Part shown: in pieces, positions 44,319 to 52,842 of the stretch
How positions within the stretch are numbered: position 1 is the first letter of the stretch
Layout: each line of letters starts with the position of its first letter
NCBI GenBank assembly: GCA_943355005.1
Contig: CALRDV010000003.1
Location: 8,590-72,589, forward strand
From: Patescibacteria group bacterium
GTDB taxonomy: Bacteria > Patescibacteriota > Microgenomatia > UBA1400 > MFAQ01
DNA length: 64,000 nt
Direction of reading: 5' to 3'
Notes under the pieces: generated by a model
Database searches by the model: none
Seen by the model: the letters and a program-made list of their open reading frames with translations, nothing else
Told to the model about the DNA's origin: nothing
Position numbers and translations under genes: made by a program

Positions 44319-46346
44319 TTATTTGGTGATCTGATTTAGGCGGTCTTTGGCGGCTTCGTAGTCTGGCTTAAGTTCGATGGCTTTTTGGAAGGCAAGCTTG
44401 GCCGCTTCCAGTGTAGATTTTGCGTCGGTGCTGGCTCCGAGGACTTTGGACTCCGACATGGATTGGGCTAAGCTAGCGTAAAGAATACCAATGTTGTAAT
44501 AATTGGTCGCTTCGGTGGGAGAGAGCTCGGTAATTTTTAGTAGCGTGTTAATTGCGTCCAAATTATATTTTGGATCTAAAGTTGCCAGAGATAGTTCGGT
44601 ACGGGCTTTGGTCTTTAGTAGATTTAAATTGTATTTATTCATCTCTACCGCTTTCGCAATATTTGTAACTGAATCACTCATGTATTGATTAAGATAGTCT
44701 TGGCCTCTTTTCTTTAAATCGGCGGAAGTGGAGGCAGTAAAGTCTTTCATCTGAGGTGCAATAATTTGGACGGCAACTAGCGCTTGGACATTTCCGAGCT
44801 GGGCATAATAAATCGGCTCGCGTGGATTTAAATCGATTGCCTTGAGATCTTCCGAGAGATTGTTCCTGCCGGCAGTGTAAGCCAGATCGGCGACCCACAG
44901 CCGTCGTACTCCAAGAAGTAGCCAAATGGCTAAGATAATGATAAGAGTTTTGCCAACCGTCTCGTTTAGATTATTTTTTTGAGAAATAATTTTGGCTTGT
45001 TCGGTCGCGGAAATATAAATGGCGGGGAAGAGGAAAAAGAAAATGGCAACGTTTACGACAGAGAAGCCGAAGTAGTTGGTGATGAGAATACTGATGAAGC
45101 CGAGGAGGAGAGGGAGGGATAGGGAACTGGATTCCGGATCAGGTCCGGAATGACGAGATATAAAAATACAAATAATTGAAACAATGAGGAAAAGATAGGC
45201 TGCGAGACCGACGAAGCCGGTATTGGCCAAGAAATTTAAATATTCGTTGTGAGCTTTGTTGTAAAGAAAATCAGACTCGGAAGTGAGATTGTGAGCTGCG
45301 GGCCTTACCCAGTAATAAGTGTAGCCAAAAGTTTCGACTCCGGTACCAAAGAGGGGATACTTCTTACCTAGTTCGATGGCGCCTGTCCAGACGACGCGAC
45401 GGATAGTCATGGAGTCTGAGCCACCAACGCGGGTTTTGTTTTCTTCGTTGATGATGGATTCGGTATTGGAATAGAGAGGATTAATCTTGTTTAAAGAGGA
45501 AAGAGTTCGAGAAACCGAACTGCCTTTAAAAAATATTACTAAAGCAAGAAGTATTCCTAAGCCATAAAGAATTTTGGGTTGCTTTTTTTGAAGAGAAATT
45601 ATGATGACAAAAGCGGTTAGGATTACGGCTGTGGCGCCAATGCCGGATTGAGAGCGGGTAAAGAGAATAGAAATCAGAAAGAGTCCGGACAAAAAGACGT
45701 GGGCAAAGCGGGAATTAATATTTTTGGTGTTTACCGCGGTAAAAAGGGAAATGGGAAGTAGAGCAATTAAATATGCAGAGAGCCAGTTTGGCTGACCCAA
45801 AGTGGAGAAGACGCGATTCTGGACATCTTGCACCCAGACATTTTTATCAATACCCATTTTTTCCAAGACAGCGTAACCGGCTGTAATCGCCGCGGTAGTT
45901 AGGATGGCGTAGAAAAGATTTTTTATGGCTTTAGCTTGTCCCAAAAAATGGGTGACGAGAGCGTAAAAAAGAATGACGTAGCAAATGGTGGACATCAAGC
46001 CACCATGGAAGCGGGAGTAATAGCCCCAAAGACTTGTGTGCCGGTCGATGGAAATATAGGTGGAAATGATTTGTGATGTGAGGAAAACTAAAATGGGGAG
46101 GTCCAGAGGTGTTTTGGCAATCTCAAATTTCTTGATTTCGAAGGACCGCCAAAGCCAACCGGCAGAAATAATAATCGTCATGGCATAGACGAACATCATC
46201 TTGTTGAATTCGAAAACTTCGGAAGTGAAAGGCCAGAGTAAAAGAGGGGTGATGAAGAAAAGGGTGTAGAAACAATAGTGAATAAAAGTGGCCGGTTTTT
46301 GGAAAATTATTTTTGGAGGAAATATCTTTTTCGACGCAGATGACAT
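44319..46346 (-). CDS. O-antigen ligase/Wzy_C-family membrane protein with C-terminal TPRs
   Basis: RVFSTLGQPN, FTRSQSG, R..VW......P.FGTG, KAHNEYL; TPR-like C-terminus. Confidence 0.85.
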   Translation of the reverse strand: MSSASKKIFPPKIIFQKPATFIHYCFYTLFFITPLLLWPFTSEVFEFNKMMFVYAMTIIISAGWLWRSFEIKKFEIAKTPLDLPILVFLTSQIISTYISIDRHTSLWGYYSRFHGGLMSTICYVILFYALVTHFLGQAKAIKNLFYAILTTAAITAGYAVLEKMGIDKNVWVQDVQNRVFSTLGQPNWLSAYLIALLPISLFTAVNTKNINSRFAHVFLSGLFLISILFTRSQSGIGATAVILTAFVIIISLQKKQPKILYGLGILLALVIFFKGSSVSRTLSSLNKINPLYSNTESIINEENKTRVGGSDSMTIRRVVWTGAIELGKKYPLFGTGVETFGYTYYWVRPAAHNLTSESDFLYNKAHNEYLNFLANTGFVGLAAYLFLIVSIICIFISRHSGPDPESSSLSLPLLLGFISILITNYFGFSVVNVAIFFFLFPAIYISATEQAKIISQKNNLNETVGKTLIIILAIWLLLGVRRLWVADLAYTAGRNNLSEDLKAIDLNPREPIYYAQLGNVQALVAVQIIAPQMKDFTASTSADLKKRGQDYLNQYMSDSVTNIAKAVEMNKYNLNLLKTKARTELSLATLDPKYNLDAINTLLKITELSPTEATNYYNIGILYASLAQSMSESKVLGASTDAKSTLEAAKLAFQKAIELKPDYEAAKDRLNQITK
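45129..45154 (+). repeat. Palindromic repeat family A inserted in frame in the O-antigen-ligase-like gene
   Basis: GGATTCCGGATCAGGTCCGGAATGAC; encodes RHSGPDPES on the minus strand. Confidence 0.85.
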
Positions 46347-46363
46347 GGGTATAGTTTAGCAGA

Positions 46364-46400
46364 GAAAAGCAAAAGTCCTCCGAAAATATCGGAGGACTTT
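46364..46400 (-). terminator. Intrinsic terminator downstream of tRNA-Arg and the hairpin RNA
   Basis: AAAGTCCTCCGA-TATTT-TCGGAGGACTTT followed by TGCTTTTC on the minus strand. Confidence 0.75.
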
Positions 46401-46413
46401 AATGGTTGAGATC

Positions 46414-46478
46414 GCCCAGAGAGTAGCCAAAGCCGTGTCGGAGGTGCACCCCCAACCAACTCCACTGTTTCTCTGGGC
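46414..46478 (-). ncRNA. Unidentified ~65-nt hairpin RNA immediately 3' of tRNA-Arg
   Basis: GCCCAGAGA...TCTCTGGGC closing stem; inner GTTGGGGG-TGCA-CCTCCGAC pairs using G-U only on the minus strand. Confidence 0.5.
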
Positions 46479-46481
46479 TTG

Positions 46482-46555
46482 TGCCCTTGGCGCGACTCGA
46501 ACACGCGACCCTTTGCTCCGCAAGCAAATGCTCTAATCCACTGAGCTACAAGGGC
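46482..46555 (-). tRNA. tRNA-Arg(GCG)
   Basis: GCCCTTG/CAAGGGC stem, TTTGC-TTGCGGA-GCAAA anticodon arm, GTTCGAGTC; no encoded CCA. Confidence 0.95.
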
Positions 46556-46692
46556 TGGGTCAAACTTAAATTTTCATACTACGTGCGCGGATTTCCTATA
46601 ATATATCACGAAGGTCTCAATAAGTCAAGTATTAAGCCTGGTTTTATCAATAAAAAGTCCCGTCTGAATCAGACGGGACTTTACTTCAATGC

Positions 46693-47514
46693 TTAAGGTT
46701 GAGCTGGTTGCAGGCGGGGAAGATTGCCATATTTCTGGCAGAGGTCCATCCCCGTAGTCCAGGTCTGGCCAGGTTTTCGGTCTGAAGGACCGTCTTCGAA
46801 AGTACCCTTACCTGAGTCATTCTTTGGGTAGGCGCCACCCCAGGGTGTGCCTCCGGTCTTCGCCCAATACCAGGCGATTGCATCGCCGTTCGTGACACTG
46901 TCGTAGAATAGGTACGCCACTTTTAAAATGGCGCCTGTTGCATCATCCGACAAAGTGCCACAGTTTTTGAACGGAGGCATATCTCCCGGCTTTGCTTTAG
47001 AAACTACCTCGAGCAACTTACTTATTATGTCTCGAGCGCGAGAGCCGTTGATGGTGGGGCTGTTTTGCTTTGAGGTGTGGTGTTGATACGCCAGACTTTC
47101 ACCAATCGCATTACCAGCGGCAGCAGCCACAAGAACGTAAGCCGTATTTTTGATCATGACAAGAGCGTAGACTATCGCATTATCGCCATTTCCTGGTGTA
47201 AGGCGAGAAACGCTCATTGTGGGAACGAGAACCATGTCTAAATTGTCCAATTCTCCCTTTCCACACTGCCAGATAAGTGCATCTTCGCCGAACAAATCGG
47301 TATCAACTGACATTGGCGAAATGTTGGGCACGTTGTTCACACAGGCATCGTACTCCTGTGTGTAGGTGAGAGTGTTGTCTACGGCCACATTTTGGCCGGC
47401 GACGTAGTTCGGGTCGGTGGGTGGCAGATCTTGGTGTGCCACACCTGATCCGACACAGGCTGATAACACAAGACTAAAAACGGTGAGTATCGCGAATACG
47501 AAATATTTTTTCAT
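46693..47514 (-). CDS. Hypothetical lipoprotein
   Basis: Lipobox LSAC; own promoter and terminator. Confidence 0.7.
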   Translation of the reverse strand: MKKYFVFAILTVFSLVLSACVGSGVAHQDLPPTDPNYVAGQNVAVDNTLTYTQEYDACVNNVPNISPMSVDTDLFGEDALIWQCGKGELDNLDMVLVPTMSVSRLTPGNGDNAIVYALVMIKNTAYVLVAAAAGNAIGESLAYQHHTSKQNSPTINGSRARDIISKLLEVVSKAKPGDMPPFKNCGTLSDDATGAILKVAYLFYDSVTNGDAIAWYWAKTGGTPWGGAYPKNDSGKGTFEDGPSDRKPGQTWTTGMDLCQKYGNLPRLQPAQP

Positions 47515-47661
47515 TTTGGGGTCCTTTCTGAACCACTTATAGAAAAACTTGAGTCTCGTCCGAATGGAAGAGTACGCTTGGTCCCGCTTATGGCGGGACG
47601 CTTGGAAAAAACAATTTCAGAGAGCGAGATCTACTTACTTTTTACTCTCGTAAGTTGGAGC

Positions 47662-47690
47662 ATTATAGCACCACTGAGGCTATTTGTCAA
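47662..47690 (-). promoter_or_regulatory. Perfect-consensus sigma70 promoter with AGCCTCA in the spacer
   Basis: TTGACA-aatagcctcagtggtgc-TATAAT (17-bp spacer). Confidence 0.8.
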
Positions 47691-47779
47691 GTTATAGGCC
47701 TTTAAGTAGTCTCCTTGAAGGCTGATATTGAGGCTGGGTGGTGTGAGTCCCGCCTAGGCGGGAGACGTTGCTGTTGCCT

Positions 47780-47852
47780 GGATTCCGGATCAAGTCCGGA
47801 ATGACAAATATCCTGGATTGCCACGGTTCGGAGTACCGAAACTCGCAATGAC
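47780..47852 (+). repeat. Adjacent palindromic repeats of family A and family B (GATTGCCAC..CGCAATGAC)
   Basis: GGATTCCGGATCAAGTCCGGAATGAC and GGATTGCCACGGTTCGGAGTACCGAAACTCGCAATGAC. Confidence 0.85.
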
Positions 47853-47921
47853 GGTGTTAGTCTCGCTTTAGTGGCTATACTTTGATATTATTTAGGGGCA
47901 TTATGACTACTTTAAATTATC

Positions 47922-48986
47922 ATGTTTGAGAAACTCTGGAGATTGGCGACACTAGATGTAGGCATAGATCTAGGCACGGCCAATGTGGTAGTTCATGTCA
48001 GAGGCAAGGGAGTAGTCATTCGTCAGCCGTCTGTGGTAGCGAGGAACATGAAGACGAAAGAAATTTTGGCGATGGGGGATGAGGCTAAGAAGATGCTTGG
48101 GAAGAATCCGGCGAATATCGAGGTGGTAAGGCCACTGAGAGACGGAGTTATCGCTGATTTTGATGCAGCCGAGGCGATGCTCAAGCACTATATTGTGGAA
48201 GTTCATGAGTTATATAAAGGCTTAGGCTTCAAAATCCCGAGACCAAGAGTGTGTATTGGAATTCCAAGTGGAGTAACTGAGGTGGAAAGAAGAGCTGTCC
48301 AGGAGGCTGCACTTGAAGCCGGAGCACGTGCCGTGTTCTTGGTGGAGGAACCGATGGCGGCTGCAATCGGGTCAGGACTGCCGGTGGAGAAAGCAGAAGG
48401 TCAGCTCATCTGTGATATCGGTGGGGGCACAAGTGAGATTGGTGTTATATCTCTAGGTGGATTAGTGTTGAATCGAAGTTTGCGGGTGGCAGGGGACGAA
48501 TTGACCGAATCGATACAAAATTTTGTTCGATTGAAATACAATCTTTTGCTGGGTGAAAGTACGGCCGAGGAAGTAAAAATCGCAGTCGGGTCAGCTTACC
48601 CGATGAAAAGAGAGAAAGAGGGGAATCCCTTACAGATTGTGGTTCGGGGTAGAAGTTTGGAGGATGGCCTACCAAAGTCTCTGAAGCTTGATAGTGTAGA
48701 GATTCGGGAGTCCTTGATGCCGATAGTCAATCAGATATTGGGAGAGATTGCTTTGATTATCGAGGAAACACCACCTGACCTAGTTGCCGATATTCTGGAA
48801 AAAGGGATGGTGATGGCTGGGGGAGGCAGTTTGATTCGAGGGATAGATAAACTCATTAGTGAGCAGATAGGTATGCCTGTATGGGTGACGGATACACCGC
48901 TTGAGGCGGTGGTTCGAGGCTGTGCTAAGGTGCTAGAGAGTGATAAACTACTTGGGAAAGTAAAAGTCGTGGGTGGGTTGAGGTAA
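47922..48986 (+). CDS. mreB: Rod shape-determining protein MreB
   Basis: GIDLGTAN, RPLRDGVIADF, EEPMAAAIG, DIGGGTSE, AGGGSL. Confidence 0.97.
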   Translation: MFEKLWRLATLDVGIDLGTANVVVHVRGKGVVIRQPSVVARNMKTKEILAMGDEAKKMLGKNPANIEVVRPLRDGVIADFDAAEAMLKHYIVEVHELYKGLGFKIPRPRVCIGIPSGVTEVERRAVQEAALEAGARAVFLVEEPMAAAIGSGLPVEKAEGQLICDIGGGTSEIGVISLGGLVLNRSLRVAGDELTESIQNFVRLKYNLLLGESTAEEVKIAVGSAYPMKREKEGNPLQIVVRGRSLEDGLPKSLKLDSVEIRESLMPIVNQILGEIALIIEETPPDLVADILEKGMVMAGGGSLIRGIDKLISEQIGMPVWVTDTPLEAVVRGCAKVLESDKLLGKVKVVGGLR

Positions 48987-49010
48987 TAAGACTTGATATA
49001 AAATACATTC

Positions 49011-49310
49011 ATGATAGCTAATTCGAAGAAATTTAGTTTAAGAGAAGTAATTGACATGGGTGAGTATCATCCTGACTTTTTAGCCGCTTTTCCTGAGTGG
49101 GAGACTTTGAGTAAACCCATACAATGGGAGTTAATTAAAAAAGCTTTGGATATACGAGAGCGTCAGCTGGTACAGCAATGGGCGGAGATAAACAACATCT
49201 TGGATTTTCGTTTAAAACCAGAGTTGAAAGTCGCCCTAAAAAATATTGAAGAATCAAGACATGAAGTGATGAGAGATAGGGAGATGCTGATAATGGTGTA
49301 TTTTGGATAA
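49011..49310 (+). CDS. Hypothetical protein
   Basis: 99-aa helical ORF following mreB. Confidence 0.65.
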   Translation: MIANSKKFSLREVIDMGEYHPDFLAAFPEWETLSKPIQWELIKKALDIRERQLVQQWAEINNILDFRLKPELKVALKNIEESRHEVMRDREMLIMVYFG

Positions 49311-49312
49311 GT

Positions 49313-50083
49313 CTATGGTGAAGTAATGATGGCGAGGTTGTTGGGGTTGGCGTTTAGAGAATCGTAAAGAGAAATTTCGGCTTTTTGCAAAGGCTCTTGA
49401 CTGATGGTGAGAAGTTTGGTAATTTTGCCAATAATTAAATTGCCTGGGAAAAGTTCACCGGGTTCCGTAAAAATAAAATCTCCGAGAATGATAGGGTACT
49501 GGCTGGGGACTTCACCGATTTGAGAAGTGTTCCCTGCATAATGATAAAAACCTTTTTGTCCGGAAGCGGTACGGATGGGGAAGGAGGGAGACTTTTCACT
49601 TTCGAGTGGGGTAATCGTGATGGCGGTGCCTTTGACTTCCAGAACTGTGCCAAGAAGTACATTGCCGGAAACAAGAGGCTGTCCGGGTAGTACTTTATCC
49701 AGCGGGGCGGTGGAAGAAACGATAAATTTTCCCGATGAGCCGGATAGACGGACAGGAATAATGGCCTTAAAAGAATTTTTTAAATTGTCGGTGATTTTTT
49801 TGTCTATCAAGGTTTGTTTTAGGAACTCATTTTCCGAAAGCAAGGACGCAATGTGAGTTTTTTGTTCGCGATTTTGTTTCTCCAAACCGGAGATATTTTT
49901 GAGATAGGTAAATTTATTTTCGACGGTTAGTTTTAGCTTGGCAACAGGTAGTGTGGCCGGAGCAAAAATGATATTAAATATATTGTCTACACTTTTGCCC
50001 ACCTTGAGTTTTCCTGTGGTAGCAAGTAGTATTGACAGCAGAAATGGAAGTAATAGTAGATTTATTTTTATAGAAGTATTCAT
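49313..50083 (-). CDS. mreC: Rod shape-determining protein MreC (divergent, inverted)
   Basis: TM helix, coiled coil with ENEFLK, G.VLEV, GD.IFT....FP.NL.IGKI, Q.AEI; sits between mreB and mreD/mrdA. Confidence 0.8.
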   Translation of the reverse strand: MNTSIKINLLLLPFLLSILLATTGKLKVGKSVDNIFNIIFAPATLPVAKLKLTVENKFTYLKNISGLEKQNREQKTHIASLLSENEFLKQTLIDKKITDNLKNSFKAIIPVRLSGSSGKFIVSSTAPLDKVLPGQPLVSGNVLLGTVLEVKGTAITITPLESEKSPSFPIRTASGQKGFYHYAGNTSQIGEVPSQYPIILGDFIFTEPGELFPGNLIIGKITKLLTISQEPLQKAEISLYDSLNANPNNLAIITSP

Positions 50084-50504
50084 GATAGATAAGCAAACCA
50101 AGAATATCATAAAAGCTGCCGTGGCGGTGATATTTTGTGTGCTATTTGGTGAAGGTGTTTTTGGCTTGGGAATTTTTTGGCCTTTTCTTTTGATACTGTT
50201 GGATTGGAGTTGGATTTATTGGTTTTCTTTTGTGATTGGTCTTCTGATAGCTTCGATTTACCGGATACCGGTCGGTCCGCCGGCTTTGTTTCTGGTAATT
50301 GTGACCGGGGGATTATCTTTTGTTTTTAATTCCAGAAAAGAAACCGGCTGGGTGATGCTGGTGATTTCCTTACTTGCTAGTTTTGTTTTTGATAAAGTGT
50401 TTGGAGTTACTTGGAGTATGTGGGATTTTTTCTCGATTGTGGTGGCGTGGATGATTGCTTCCAGGTGGTTTGAAAGGTCGGAAACTATTAAACTGAATTA
50501 TTAA
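50082..50504 (+). CDS. mreD: MreD-like membrane protein
   Basis: About 5 TM; FVIGLL..I...PVG motif; lies before PBP2. Confidence 0.55.
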   Translation: MIDKQTKNIIKAAVAVIFCVLFGEGVFGLGIFWPFLLILLDWSWIYWFSFVIGLLIASIYRIPVGPPALFLVIVTGGLSFVFNSRKETGWVMLVISLLASFVFDKVFGVTWSMWDFFSIVVAWMIASRWFERSETIKLNY

Positions 50505-50522
50505 TTAAGAGTTATTTTTATA

Positions 50523-50547
50523 GATTCCCGATCAGGTCGGGAATGAC
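50523..50547 (+). repeat. Palindromic repeat family A
   Basis: GATTCCCGATCAGGTCGGGAATGAC, identical core to the 43249 copy. Confidence 0.85.
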
Positions 50548-50552
50548 ACTAA

Positions 50553-52088
50553 ATGGGGAAAAAGGAAATATATACCTGGACGAAGATGATTTTGGTGCTA
50601 GTGATGGCCATGGTTTTTTCGCGCGTCTTTTTCTTGACTACTGTCATGGGTGATCATTTTGGGGATTTGGCTCACGGTAATATGATTCGGAAAGAAAAAT
50701 TGGATCCTATCCGTGGCGTGATTACTGACAGATTTGGAAAACCGCTGGCGATGAATATTGATTATTTGGGTAGGACGATTAGGTATTATCCCGGAGGAGA
50801 AACGATTTCGGCTATTGTGGGGTATTTGGGAAAGCCAAGTCAAGGTGACTTGAAAGATTGTGCTCAATGTAATCCGGTGATGACACTTGGAAAAGCAGGA
50901 CTGGAGAAAAGTTATCAGAATGATTTGGTGGGATTTCCGGGCGAAGCCGTAATTCAAGAAACTGCCGACGGGAAGACTAGAAAAGTTATTACTCAGATTG
51001 AGTCTGCTCCCGGGAAAAATCTTAAAACAAATATTGATTTGGAGTTACAGAAGCAGGTTTTTTTGGCCCTGAAAAATAAATATAAAGAAGAGGGGAAAAG
51101 TGGGGCGATGATAGTGGCAAAAGTGAATGGGGAAGTGCTGGCTTTGGCTAGTGTACCGTCCTTTGACCCAAATTTGTTTATTGCGAATGGTAAGCGAAGT
51201 GATTTTGGTGGAGATTATAAGGATATAGAAAGTTTGCTGATAGACGAAAAAGGAAAACCTTTGTTTAATAGGGCAATTTCCGGAGATTTTGCTCCTGGGT
51301 CTGTCTACAAACTTGTGCCAGCGATGGGAGCACTCGAAGAAGGGAAGATAAATCGAGAAACAGAAATTTTGGATACGGGAGAAATAAAAATAGGGTTGTA
51401 TCGCTTTGGGAATTGGTATTTGGATCAGTTTGGAAAGACCGAGGGTGAGGTGAATGTGATAAAAGCGATTTCCAGAAGTAATGATATCTTCTTTTATAAA
51501 ATGGGGGAGGCGCTAGGCGCCGATTCGCTGATTTCATGGACTAAGAGATTTGGTTTGGGAGAAAAAACCGGCATTGATTTGCCTGGTGAGTCTGGAGGTT
51601 TTGTGCCAACGCCTTACTGGAGGGAAAAGACTCTGGGAGAAAAATGGTTTTTGGGGAATACTTATCATATGGCAATTGGTCAGGGAGATCTTATGACGAC
51701 GCCAATACAGATAAATAGAATGACGGCCCAAGCCGTGAGCGGCATGAGCTGTGACCCTATGATTGTCGGAAGTGTGGCGTGTGGAGACCAGAAATTTAAT
51801 CCAAAGAATATTGCGACAATATTGGAAGGGATGAAGGGAGCTTGTAGCCCAGGGGGGACTGCTCCTGCTTTGTTTGAATATGCAGGGAGAATTTACTGCA
51901 AGACTGGTACGGCTCAAGTGGGTTCAAAAGAGACTCTTTCAAACGCTTGGATTAGTGTGGTAATTCCTAAAGGGCAAGATGTTAGAGAGTGGATTGTGAT
52001 TACGGTCCTAGTGGAAGAGGGAGGTCAGGGGAGTGCGGTGGCTGCGCCTGTAGCGAAGGAGATTATGCCGTATTTGATGAAAATTTAG
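50553..52088 (+). CDS. mrdA: Penicillin-binding protein 2 (class B transpeptidase)
   Basis: RGVITDRFG, GKAGLEK, PGSVYK (SxxK), SND, KTGTAQ. Confidence 0.92.
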   Translation: MGKKEIYTWTKMILVLVMAMVFSRVFFLTTVMGDHFGDLAHGNMIRKEKLDPIRGVITDRFGKPLAMNIDYLGRTIRYYPGGETISAIVGYLGKPSQGDLKDCAQCNPVMTLGKAGLEKSYQNDLVGFPGEAVIQETADGKTRKVITQIESAPGKNLKTNIDLELQKQVFLALKNKYKEEGKSGAMIVAKVNGEVLALASVPSFDPNLFIANGKRSDFGGDYKDIESLLIDEKGKPLFNRAISGDFAPGSVYKLVPAMGALEEGKINRETEILDTGEIKIGLYRFGNWYLDQFGKTEGEVNVIKAISRSNDIFFYKMGEALGADSLISWTKRFGLGEKTGIDLPGESGGFVPTPYWREKTLGEKWFLGNTYHMAIGQGDLMTTPIQINRMTAQAVSGMSCDPMIVGSVACGDQKFNPKNIATILEGMKGACSPGGTAPALFEYAGRIYCKTGTAQVGSKETLSNAWISVVIPKGQDVREWIVITVLVEEGGQGSAVAAPVAKEIMPYLMKI

Positions 52089-52091
52089 GTT

Positions 52092-52193
52092 CGTCATCAC
52101 GAGGAGCGAAAGCGACGTGGTGATCCAGGCTAATGAAAATTCAAAAAGTGGTCCTGGATTGCCACAGCTCGGAATACCGAGATTCGCAATGAC
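52092..52193. repeat. Inverted pair of family B palindromic repeats
   Basis: CGTCATCACGAGGAGCGAAAGCGACGTGGTGATCC and GGATTGCCACAGCTCGGAATACCGAGATTCGCAATGAC. Confidence 0.75.
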
Positions 52194-52203
52194 AAAGAGG
52201 GTC

Positions 52204-52232
52204 TTGACAAATCTCGTGTTATGGGGTATTAT
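52204..52232 (+). promoter_or_regulatory. Sigma70 promoter for candidate ncRNA 1
   Basis: TTGACA-17bp-TATTAT. Confidence 0.8.
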
Positions 52233-52238
52233 ATACGT

Positions 52239-52779
52239 ATTCTAGAAATAGAAGTTTACTTTTAAATCTAATGGTTGGCCGCTATGAAATGGAAGTTAAG
52301 GCTTTTGTTTCGTAACGGCCAAAGCCGATACCTGTAATCTAGCAAAGGACCGCCTAGGTTAAACCAGCGCCTTATGATTACAGGGTTCTCGTATAAGTCC
52401 TTCCCCCCTGCAGCGTAGCCTCCGCCGATGTAGGAGCTGATTCCGCATCATTGGTTGACGCATTTCAGGGTATGGAAGCACAATAGGGCGTGATGGCCCT
52501 GTACGAGCGATACGAACCGCCCTTAGCAGGGCATGGCGCCGAGCTTAATGGTTCGGACGTATTGTGAGAGTGTCTCGTCGGAGGTTCACCTGCTATGGTG
52601 ATACCACGCTATCCGGCTGCCAGAGAGCTCTCAGACCAAGATCCTGCCAAGAAGAGGCGCATAAAAACTTCTTGGCGGGATCGTCCGCAAAATGATGTGG
52701 GCCGGCGGACCGCGCCGGCCCCCATCAATCTTTCTTGAAAATAGTAGCCGTCATAATTGTGACGGCTATTTGCTTTTTT
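52239..52779 (+). ncRNA. Candidate large structured ncRNA 1 (~540 nt)
   Basis: Promoter upstream, terminator AGTAGCCGTCA..TGACGGCTATT plus T tract, no credible ORF, many nested helices. Confidence 0.65.
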
Positions 52780-52808
52780 GAGGCTTGAGGCTGATAGACC
52801 CATAACAC

Positions 52809-52837
52809 TTGACAAAAGGGGAAAGTGGTGGTAGAAT
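52809..52837 (+). promoter_or_regulatory. Sigma70 promoter (extended -10) for candidate ncRNA 2
   Basis: TTGACA-17bp-TAGAAT with TGn. Confidence 0.8.
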
Positions 52838-52842
52838 AACTG

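Noticed and set aside
46307-46898. ORFs 46307..46504, 46481..46696 and 46686..46898
   Set aside because: They overlap the tRNA, terminators or the lipoprotein gene
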